Part shown: piece after piece, positions 38,671 to 48,848 of the stretch | How the letters are laid out: every line of letters starts with the position of its first letter | Numbering within the stretch: position 1 is the first letter of the stretch | DNA from: Phyllobates terribilis | Lineage: Eukaryota | Length of the DNA: 64,000 bases | Reading direction: 5' to 3' | Assembly (NCBI RefSeq): GCF_046119375.1 | Contig: NW_027362762.1 | Span: 474,300,001-474,364,000 of the forward strand | Program-made: the position numbers and the translations under genes | Notes under the pieces: generated by a model | What the model saw: the letters and a program-made list of their open reading frames with translations, nothing else | What the model was told of the DNA's origin: nothing | The model's database searches: none

Positions 38671-40300
38671 CAGTACAGACCAAAAGTTGGGACACACATT
38701 CTCATTTAAAGATTTTTCTGTATTTTCATGACTATGAAAATTGTATATTCACACTGAAGGCATCAAAACTATGAATTAACACATGTGGAATTATATACTT
38801 AACAAAAAAGTGTGAAACAACTGAAAATATGTCTTATATTCTAGGTTCTTCAAAGTAGCCACCTTTTGCTTTGATGACTGCTTTGCACACTCTTGGCATT
38901 CTCTTGATGAGCTTCAAGAGATAGTCACCAGAAATGGTCTTACAACAATCTTGAAGGAGTTCCCAGAGATGCTTAGCACTTGTTGGCCCTTTTGCCTTCA
39001 CTCTGCGGTCAAGCTCACCCCAAACCATCTCGATTGGGTTCAGGTCTGGTGACTGTGGAGGCCAGGTCATCTGGCGTAGCACCCCATCACTCTCCTCCTT
39101 GGTCAAATAGCCCTTACACAGCCTGGAGGTGTGTTTGGGGTCATTGTCCTGTTGAAAAATAAATGATGGTCCAACTAAACGCAAACCGGATGGAATAGCA
39201 TGCCGCTACAAGATGCTGTGGTAGCCATGCTGGTTCAGTATGCCTTCAATTTTGAATAAATCCCCAACAGTGACACCAGCAAAGCATCCCCACACCATCA
39301 CACCTCTTCCTCCATGCTTCACGGTGGGAACCAGGCATGTAGAGTCCATCCGTTCACCTTTTCTGTGTCGCACAAAGACACGGTGGTTGGAACCAAAGAT
39401 CTCAAATTTGGACTCATCAGACCAAAGCACAGATTTCCACTGGTCTAATGTCCATTCATTGTGCTCTTTAGCCCAAACAAGTCTCTTCTGCTTGTTGCCT
39501 ATCTTTAGCAGTGGTTTCCTAGCAGCTATTTTACCATGAAGGTCTGCCGCACAAATTCTTTTCTTAACAGTTGTTGAAGAGAAGTGTCTGCTGCTTGAAC
39601 TCTGTGTGGCATTGACCTGGTCTCTAATCTGAGCTGCTGTTAACCTGCTATTTCTGAGGCTGGTGACTCGGATAAACTTATCCTCAGAAGCAGAGGTGAC
39701 TCTTGGTCTTCCTTTCCTGGGGCGGTCCTCATGTGAGCCAGTTTCTTTGTAGCGCTTGATGGTTTTTGCAACTGCACTTGGGGACACTTTCAAAGTTTGC
39801 CCAATTTTTCCGACTGACTGACCTTCATTTCTTAAAGTAATGATGGCTACTCTTTTTTCTTTACTTAGCTGCTTTTTTCTTGCCATAATACAAATTCTAA
39901 CAGTCTATTCAGTAGGACTATCAGCTGTGTATCCACCTGACTTCTGCACAACACAAGTGATGGTCCCAACCCCATTTATAAGGCAAGAAATCCCACTTAT
40001 TAAACCTGACAGCGCACACCTGTGAAGTGAAAACCATTTCCGGTGACTACCTCTTGAAGCTCATCAAGAGAATGCCAAGAGTGTGCAAAGCAGTCATCAA
40101 AGCAAAAGGTGGCTACTTTGAAGAACCTAGAATATAAGACATATTTTCAGTTGTTTCACACTTTTTTGTTAAGTATATAACTCCACATGTGTTAATTCAT
40201 AGTTTTGATGCCTTCATTGTGAATGTACAATTTTCATAGTCACGAAAATACAGAAAAATCTTTAAATGAGAAGGTGTCTCCAAACTTTTGGTCTGTACTG
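38671..40300 (-). mobile_element. Full-length Tc1-like element with DD38E spacing (Intruder-type)
   Basis: TA|CAGTACAGACC...GGTCTGTACTG|TA with ~250 bp TIRs. Confidence 0.95.
38834..39886 (-). pseudogene. DD38E transposase, 350 codons, single in-frame stop
   Basis: ORFs 39886-39206 and 39184-38834 are in the same frame, separated by one TAG plus 7 codons. Motifs WSDESK and QDNDPKH...SPDLNPIE, with 38 residues between D and E. Confidence 0.92.
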
Positions 40301-40313
40301 TATATATATATAT

Positions 40314-40342
<29 letters not shown>
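40301..40342. repeat. (TA)n(GA)n compound microsatellite
   Basis: Directly visible. Confidence 0.95.
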
Positions 40343-40344
<2 letters not shown>

Positions 40345-40630
40345 TGCTTCTCACAAAAATAGAATATCATCAACAAGTTCATTTATTTCAGTTCTTCAAT
40401 ACAAAAAGTGAATCTCATATATTATATAGAGTCATTACAGAGTGATCTATTTCAAGTTTTATTTCTGTTAATGTTGATGATTATGGCTTACAGCCAATGA
40501 AAACACAAACGTCATTATTCCAGTAAACTAGAATAATTAACAAAAAACACCTGCAAAGGCTTCCTAAGGGTTTAAAAAGGTCCCTTAGTCTGTTTCAGTA
40601 GTCTCCACAATCATGGGGAAGACTGCTGAC
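40341..40630 (+). mobile_element. 5' part of another Tc1-like element, cut after codon 6 (MGKTAD) by a hAT end
   Basis: TIR-like AGGTGCTTCTCACAAAAATAGAATATCATC. ATGGGGAAGACTGCTGAC (40613-40630) is directly followed by TAGTGTTGAGC. Confidence 0.8.
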
Positions 40631-41000
40631 TAGTGTTGAGCCATCCCATAGTGTTCAAGTTCGGTTCGGTTCGTCGAACACCCGTATGTTCGCCGAACTG
40701 TTCGTCGAACTGTTCGTCGAACACCGTCGAACACCGTTAAAACCAATGGCAGGCAAACAAAAACACATAGAAACACATAGAAAACACCTTCAAAGGTTTC
40801 CAAAAGCTGACAAACTGCTCAGAAGACACAACTAACACATCGAAAAGTGACAAGTACATATAGTCATGCGAAAAGAAAAGAGGCGGAGGAGTAAAAGGAG
40901 GGGGAGACACAGATATAGGCATGTCATGCCCTTCTAAAACCAAAAAAGTGCGAAGCCGACACGGCCAGTCCGTTCCTGCCCGTGCGACTTCTGTGTCGCC
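40631..41000. mobile_element. hAT-type terminus and subterminal region, possibly the 3' end of hAT copy 2
   Basis: TAGTGTTGAGC terminus (9/11 to TAGAGATGAGC), followed by clustered GTTCG/CGAAC motifs like those at 58470-58590. Confidence 0.7.
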
Positions 41001-41135
41001 GGGTTTGTGCCAGAGCTGCGGTGGACCCTGACGGCCAGCCCCCCTCTCCCAATACTGGTGCCTGTCCGCTGGTGGGTCGAGCGAGCCCCCCTGCGGTGGA
41101 GGCAGGTCTAAGCTTTTTAATTTAAATTGTTTCTC

Positions 41136-41400
41136 TAATTTGAATGAATACACTTTAAATCCTTTTACAAGGATCTATTGGAGGGCAAGTCTCAAGCCAG
41201 CAGCCGCGTAATTCCAGCTCCAGTAGCGTCCACTAAAGCTGCTGCAGTTAAAAAGCTTTTATAAGGATCGAGCTCGGCGGTCCACTGCAAGGCGTCCTAC
41301 CGCCAGTCCCAGCCCCTATGCCTTGGGGTGCCTCCCCGATGCTCTTCACTGAGTGTCCCGGGGGCCCGAAGCATTTCCTTTGAAAAAATTAAGTGTCCAA
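41136..41400 (+). pseudogene. Decayed internal fragment (~265 bp) of 18S rRNA
   Basis: Matches vertebrate 18S as I recall it: CACTTTAAATCCTT...GGATCTATTGGAGGGCAAGTCT..GCCAGCAGCCGCG-TAATTCCAGCTCCA...GCTGCAGTTAAAAAGCT...CTGAGTGTCCCGGGGGCCCGAAGC..TT.CTTTGAAAAAATTA. Confidence 0.92.
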
Positions 41401-41511
41401 ACTACAGGTGGTGTAGCTTGCTTAACAGCTGGGATAATCCGCTGACTAGCAGACACTGCTACTAGGCACAAAGTATTTCCTGGGCTAGATGCAGTTAAAA
41501 ATTTGTAATTA

Positions 41512-42110
41512 GATACTCTCGTTGGATGCTGAGAAAGCACTCCATAGAGTCTCCTGGCACGCCATATATTATTCCCTTAAAAAGCTTGGGGTAGGGGTCT
41601 AGGGGACCCTTTTATAGGCAAAATCACGGCCCTGTATCGCAATACGTCACCTAGGCTGAAGATAAATGGAACATTTTCATCACCTTTCATAATCACCAAT
41701 GGGACAAGGCAGGGATGTCCTCTGTCCCCTCTCTTATACATCCTAGTGACGGAGCACCTGCTCTCATCAACTCGCCATAACCCCAATCTTAGGTGGATTG
41801 AGGTGGGAGGCACCGAGTACAAGTGCTCTGCATTTGCTGATGATGTCCTAGTATATATCACTCAATCACATATATCCATCCCTGCTGTTATGGCTGAAAT
41901 AGATCACTTTGTTACATGGTCAAATTTTAAAATCAATGCAGCAAAGTCTGAGGCCCTCGATGTCTCCCTCCCCAAATCCATACAGGATTCCATTCAGTCC
42001 AACTTTCCCTTTGCCTGGCCCTCACAGGGTATCAAATACTTAGGAATTCCTATTCATAGAGACCTCTCCCATCTATGTTATCTTAATTTTGGGCCCTTTA
42101 TTGAACAACC
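41512..42110 (+). mobile_element. Internal L1-clade LINE reverse-transcriptase fragment
   Basis: ILSLDAEKA...VSW; GTRQGCPLSPLLY; FADDVLVY; NFKINAAKSEAL; IKYLGI. No 3' end or poly(A). Confidence 0.9.
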
Positions 42111-42190
42111 CCATACAGACCACGGTTGGCAAGTTAGAACTGTAAGATTCACTACGTGAACCACTGGTGTTTTGTGGAAAAGCACATGTA

Positions 42191-45100
42191 CACTGTGTTC
42201 CAAATTATTATGCAAAAAGTGTTTAGGAGTGATAAGGGAAGAATTTTTTTGTTTGTCAGTTAAACTCATTGATGGTGAGCAATTGCAGACACCTGTGCTA
42301 ATTAGTTTGGCAGGTGTGTCCAATGAAAGGCAAGACTACTTACGAAGGCTGTCCCACATTATTAAGCAGCCTATATTTTCTGCCAAAATGGGAAAGAAAA
42401 AGGATGTGTCGGCTGCTGAGAAGCAACAAATTGTGGAGTGTTTAGGTCAAGGCATGACTACAATCAACATTGCCAAGGCACTTCATCCTGATTATCGCAC
42501 AATCAAGAAGTATGTAGCTGATTCACATTACACACGTGTCCGTGCTGATAAGGGAAAATTGAGGACTCTTTCCTACAGGCAATTACGTCAGGTTAAAAGA
42601 GCAGCGGCAAAAAAAGCCTTGTCATAGCAGCAGACAAGTTTTTGAAGCAGCTGGTGCCTCCAACGTCCCCCGAACAACAAGATGCAGAGTCCTTCAGAGG
42701 TTTGCAGCTGTGCGTAAGCAATCCTGTCGACCTCCTCTATCCACTGCACACAAGCAGAAACGGCTCCAGTGGGCCAAACAATACATGAAGACTGACTTCA
42801 AAACTGTTTTGTTCACCGATGAGTGACATGCAACGCTCGATGATCCAGATGGATGGAGTGGAGCATGGCTGGTTGATGGACACCCCACGCAAACACGGCT
42901 ACGGCGCCAACAAGGAGGAGGTGGAGTAATGTTTTGGGCTGGAATCATGGGGAGAGAGATTGTCGGCCCTTTAGGATCCCTGAAGGGGTAAAGATGAACT
43001 CCATAATGTATGTGGAGTTTCTTAAACAGCACTTCCTGCCATGGTTCAAGAAGAAGAACCGTGTATTCCGCAGCAAGATCATTTTCAAGCATGATAATGC
43101 ACCATCTCATGCTGCACATAGCACATCTGCATCTCTGGCTGATATGGGCATAAAAGGGGACAAACTTATGGTGTGACCCCCATGCTCCCCTGACCTCAAC
43201 CCCATTCAGAACCTCTGGAGCATCATCAAAAGGAGTGTCTAAGATGGCGAGAGGCAGTTCACATCTAAGCAACAGCTCTGGGAGGGTATTCTGTTCTCAT
43301 GCAAAACAAATGAAGCAGAAACCATCCAAAACCTGACAAATTCAATGGACGAGAGAGTTCAGAAGCTCCTTTTGAACAAGGGGGTCCTATGTGCAAATGT
43401 AACATCACTAGTGTTGAGCATTCCGATACTGAAATATCGGGTATCGGCCGATATTCGCGGTATCGGAATTCCGATACTTAATTCCGATACTTTTACAATA
43501 TCGAATACCGGAATCGGAAGTTCCCATAATGCCTGCGCTCTGCAGTGTCTCTGAAGGATGACAAGCTGGATGGCAGAGCTCAGCTGAGATCCAGCCTGTC
43601 ATCAGAATGCCATCCCAGCGTGGGAGAATTCTCCTGATTGTTTAAAAGTCGGCGGGCGGTAAAAAGCCGCCGGCTTTTAAACTATCACACAGCCCCATAC
43701 TGCTTCCCCGCAGCCTCCCACCCCGATCCTCCGCTCCCCTCGCCACCTCCCATCCCGATCGTAAGTTAGGACCGGGTGGGGAGCGCAGCACCAAGGAGCG
43801 GGGAGCGAAGAACCCGGGCGGGGAAGCCGGCAGTGAAAAGACTTCACCGCCGGCTTTCCCGTTCTGTGCTGCGCTTTCCCGCCGGTTATTTCAAATGAAC
43901 AGCTGAGGTATCAGGTGATGCCGATCAGCTGTTCATTTGAAGCAGCCGCGGTGCCCTCGGAGGGTTCATGTGAGTTCATGCTTCACTGCATTGCATGAAC
44001 TCACATGAACTTTCCCACGGTCGCACAGGTCAGCCTCACCTCCCAGACCGGTCATGATTGGTGTGTGTGGGTGTATGTGCGGGTGTGCGCGGTGTGTGGG
44101 GTGTCTGTGCGGTGTCTGCGGTTGTGTGCGGTGTCTGTGCGGTGTCTGCGGGTGTGTGCGGTGTCTGTGCGATGTCTGGGGGTGTGTGCGTGCAGGCAGA
44201 CATAGGCCGATGTGACACTACTACTCCCATCGGCCTATGTCTGTCCCCCGTCCACTCGTGCCAGCAGGATCAGCTCGATGGGAGCAGTAGTTCCCATCAG
44301 CCTGATCCTGCTATTTAAATTGCCCTACTGTGTCCCCAATAAATGTTAAATACATGTCATTGGTGGCCAGTGGTTACCTACAATAAATTAGTTCATACAT
44401 TACCTGTCCCCGCCGATCGCCACCTAAAATAAAGTAAAAAATAAAAAACTACACCTATACTCACCTAGACACCCAATTCCCCGAAGCCATCGATCTCCTG
44501 TAATAAAATCTAAAATAATAAACCACAACCTTATCCTTACCCCTCCGTAGTAGTCCACGAGTGTCCCACGAAGATCTCCAGTTCAGAGCAGCCACATAGA
44601 ATGTGACTGCTCTGAACCGTTGCCGCCGCTAGAATGATGGGGCCGTAAAGCAGCCCCGTCATTGCATAAGCGGGTTCGCCGGAGTTCAGGCAGCGCTGCT
44701 CCGGTCAGCTCCTTTACGGCCCTGCTGTATCGTGAGAAATTCCCACGGTACAGCAGTGCCGTAAAGGAGGTCTCCGGAGCTGCGCTGCCTGAATGCACTC
44801 CGGTGACCTCAGTCAGTGGCTCCCGCTGCCGGGAGCGGACGTGTTCCCGGTAGCGTGAGCTTACAGCAGCCATGCACAGCTGTCACCATCTCCAGATGTG
44901 ACAGCTGTGCATGGGAGATCAGCGCAGGAACGTGGACAGGTAACTATTTTTTTTTAGTAAACTAAGAATTAAATAAAATGGTGTGTTTTATTTCAAATAA
45001 ATTATTTTTTTCTGGGTGTAATGTGTTTTTTATTTTTAACACTTTGTAGGTTAGTAATAGGGGTGTCTTATAGACGCCCATCATTACTAACCTGGGCTTC

Positions 45101-48100
45101 ATGGCAGCTGGCGCTAACATGAACCCCAACCCCATTACCCCCTGCCACCGCACCAGGGCAGCGTGGAAGAGCGAGGCTAAGTGCCAGAATTGGCGCATCC
45201 TATGGATGCGCCATTTCTGGGGCGGCTGACGGCTGGTGTTTCTAGCCTGGGAGGGGGCCAATATTCATGGCACCCTTCCTGGGCTATTAATATCAGCCCC
45301 CAGCTGTCTGCCTAGCCTTTGCTAGCTATTAAAATAGGGGGGACCCCACGTCATTTTTTTTGGAGGGTCCCCCATTTTAATAGCTAGTAAAGGCTAGGTA
45401 TTCAGCTGGGGGCTGATATTAGTAGTCTGGGAAGCTCCGTGGGTATTACCCCCTTCCCAGGCTTCAAACATCTGCCCCAGCCGTCTGCTTAACCTCCGCT
45501 AGAGACTAAAATTATGGGGCATCCCACGCCAATTTTTTTTTTAAATAAATCCTTTATTTTAACACTAAATGACATTTGAGGAGTTAATAAAGATGCAGTC
45601 CCTAAATTATTATTTATTTTTTAATTAATTTTTCCCAAAAATTTTGACGTGGGCTTTGGCATATTTTTTTAATTATTTCAGGAAATTCATGAAATAATTA
45701 AAAAAAAATTGACGTGGGGCTTCACACTATATTTGTGTCCAGCCAGGTACAGCAGGCAGGAACGGGCTGCCCCCAACCACCAGCTGCCTATTTGTACCTG
45801 GCCGGACACAACAATATAGGGAAGCCCTTTTTTTCTTAATTATTTCATGAATTTCATGAAATAATTAAAAAAAAAAATACGTGGAGCTTCGCCCTATTTT
45901 TGTGTCCAGCCAGGTACAACTAGGCAGCTGGGGGCTGGAATCTGCAGCGCAGGGAGGCCCAAGCTTTCTGGGCCCCACCCGCTGCAAATTGCAGTCCGCA
46001 GCCGCCCCGGAAAATGGCGCGTTCATAGAAGAGCCATCTTCTGGCGCTGTACCCAACTCATACAGGGCCCTGGTGCGGTGGCTCACTGGGTAATAAAAGG
46101 GTTAAGGCCAGCTTGGCATTATCAGCTGGCCCTAAGCCCGAAATTCATGGGGTCACGCCAATATTAGACATGACCACCATGAATTTCTAGTAAAGTATTT
46201 AAAAAAAACACAACACCCAGAATAAAGTCCTTTAATTGAAATAAAGACACAATTCTTTATTGTTCTAAATTAAACCATACTTACCATCACGCCCATTCCA
46301 GCTGAAGCCAACGATCTCCTGCAATAAAAGAAAAATAATAAAGCAACCTCATCCTTACCTTCCCATGGATCCCACGACAGCTTCAGCTCTGCTACATCGA
46401 GATGACAGGCTGGACCGCAGCAGAATGCTGCCATCCAGCCTGTCATCCCGCAGACACTGAGAAGCTCAGGCATGCTTGCGCTCCTCAGTGTCTCTCTGTG
46501 ACATCGTCCAGATGAGCCGAGTTCATGTCCAATGAACTCAGCTCACCTCATGCACGTCACTGACAGCGTGGGAAAATTCTCACGCTGAAGCGCTGAGTGC
46601 AGGAGAATTTTCCCACGCTGTCAGTGACGTGCATGAGGTGAGGTCATGTCCAATGAACTCGGCTCGATGTAGCAGAGCTGAAGCTGTCATGGGATCCATG
46701 GAAAGGTAAGGATGAGGTTGCTTTATTATTTTTCTTTTATTGCAGGAGATCATTGGCTTCAGCTGGAATAGGTGTGACGGTAAGTATGGTTTAATTTAGA
46801 ACAATAAAGAATTGTGTGTTTATTTCAATTAAAGGACTTTATTCTGGGTGTTTGTGTTTTTTTTTTTACTTTGACTATGGGGTTAGTAATGGGGGTGTCT
46901 TATAGACGCCTCTCCATTACTAACCTGGGCTTGATGTCAGCTGGCATTATAAGCTGACATCAGCCCCAACCCTATTACCCCACTGCCACCGCTACAGGGC
47001 AGTGGGAAGAGCGAGGCTAAGTGCCAGAATTGGCGCATCCTATGGATGCGCCATTTCTGGGGCGGCTGACGGCTGGTGTTTCTAGCCTGGGAGGGGGCCA
47101 ATATTCATGGCACCCTTCCTGGGCTATTAATATCAGCCCCCAGCTGTCTGCCTAGCCTTTGCTAGCTATTAAATTAGGGGGAACCCACGTCATTTTTTTG
47201 GGGGGGTCCCCCATTTTAATAGCTAGTAAAGGCTAAGTATTCCGCTGGGGGCTGATATTAGCAGCCTGGGAAGCTCTGTGGGTATTACCCACTTCCCAGG
47301 CTTCAAACATCTGCCCCAGCTGTCTGCTTAACCTCCGCTAGAGACTAAAATTAAGGGGAACCCCACGCCAATATTTTTTTAAATAAATCCTTTATTTTAA
47401 CACTAAATGACAAGTACAGTAAGCAACACTGTCACTGTACTTCATATATATGTGACTGACATGTTTCTATCTATCTAATCTATGTATGATTCTCTATTCT
47501 TTCTATTCTAAATTGTCGGGTACAGATGCTGAATTGCCGGACGGCTTTCTTAAAGAGACGGTGCATTAAAACACTATTATTTTTTTAAATAAATCCTTTA
47601 CACTAAATGACAAGTACAGTAAGCAACACTGTCACTGTACTTCATATATATGTGACTGACATGTTTCTATCTACCTAATCTATGTGTGATTCTCTATTCT
47701 TTCTATTCTAAATTGTCGGGTACAGATGCTGAATTGCTGGCCGGCTTTCTTAAAGAGACGGTGCATTAAAACACTATTATTTTTTTAATAAATCCTTTAC
47801 ACTAAATGACAAGTACAGTAATCAACACTATCACTGTACTTATTATATATGTGACTGACATGTTTCTATCTATCTAATCTATGTGTGAAGCTCTATTCTT
47901 TCTATTCTAAATTTTCGGGTACCGGTGTATGCGCTGATGAATTGCCGGCTTTTCGCATAATACATTCTACATTATTCTTAGTTGTTTTACTTCATGTAGA
48001 ATTAACCTACAAGGAAAGAAAGGGTTTATTTTCATTCCGATATTTCTGTCCCATTGACTTTCATTGGTTTCCGGTATCGGAATCGGCGATATCCGATACT

Positions 48101-48290
48101 TTTTGAGTATTGGTCCGATCCAATCCGATACGATATTTCCTGATATCGGAAGGTATCGCTCAACACTAAACATCACCTAGAATAAAGTTTTGAGTTGAAA
48201 ACTGTTTGATTTCAGTTTCTAATAACCTGCTAAAGCTTATAATTTCAAAAATGACCATTTTTTTGTTCTTTATTAAAATGAAAAGGTTGA
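42191..48290 (+). mobile_element. Tc1-like element with DD37E spacing (TRT-type), interrupted by a hAT insertion; right TIR missing
   Basis: TA|CACTGTGTTCCAAATTATTATGCAAA. ATG at 42388 (MGKKKDVSAAEKQQIV). Motifs LFTDE and HDNAPSH...SPDLNPIQ, with 37 residues to the E position (now Q). 3' UTR-like sequence resumes after 48176. Confidence 0.85.
43409..48168. mobile_element. 4.76 kb non-autonomous hAT element with perfect 8-bp TSD
   Basis: AACATCAC|TAGTGTTGAGC...GCTCAACACTA|AACATCAC (TSDs at 43401-43408 and 48169-48176). CCGATAC/GTATCGG subterminal motifs at both ends. No transposase. Confidence 0.96.
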
Positions 48291-48423
48291 TCGAAGAGTG
48301 TGGGGGATCTAAGAGTGTGGCAACCCAATAGTCAGGATTACTTCGAATTCTGACAATCTGAGGGTCATGTTGCAGGTAGTGCAGCAAGAAGGCACTCATA
48401 TGTCTTGCGCATCTAGGAGCCCC

Positions 48424-48808
48424 AAAATTATTTTCCGGGCTAGATGCAGCTAAAAATTATTATTAATTTGAAAGCTGGTGGAGCTTAGTATAGATGGCCT
48501 AATAGAATCAGTACTGCAAACTGCTACAAAGCCCAAAATTATTTTCCAGCCAAGATAGAGATAAACATGATTAGTAATTATAAATCTGGTGGAGTTTAGT
48601 ATAGATGGCCTAATAGAATCAGTATTGCACCCTGCTACAAGGCCCAAATTATTTTCCAGCCAAGATACAGATAAACATGATTAGTAATTTTAAATCTGGT
48701 GGAGCTTAGTATAGATGGCCTAATAGAATCAGTACTGCACACTGCTACAAGGCCAAAATTATTTTTCAGCCAAAATACAGATAAACATGATTAGTAATTT
48801 TAAATCTT
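48424..48808. repeat. 3.5 diverged ~110 bp units related to the main hAT array, on the 3' side of the transposase
   Basis: Period 110-111. Shares GCTAGATGCAG, TTAGTATAGATGG.CTAATAGAA and CTGCTACAA with the 5' array, in the same orientation. Confidence 0.88.
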
Positions 48809-48848
48809 AAAATGGTTGGTGAGGTGATTTTAACAAATTATCAAGCTT

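Noticed and set aside
40960-41105. GC-rich stretch before the 18S piece as 28S, ITS or ETS sequence
   Set aside because: I could not match it to any rRNA segment I recall; needs BLAST.
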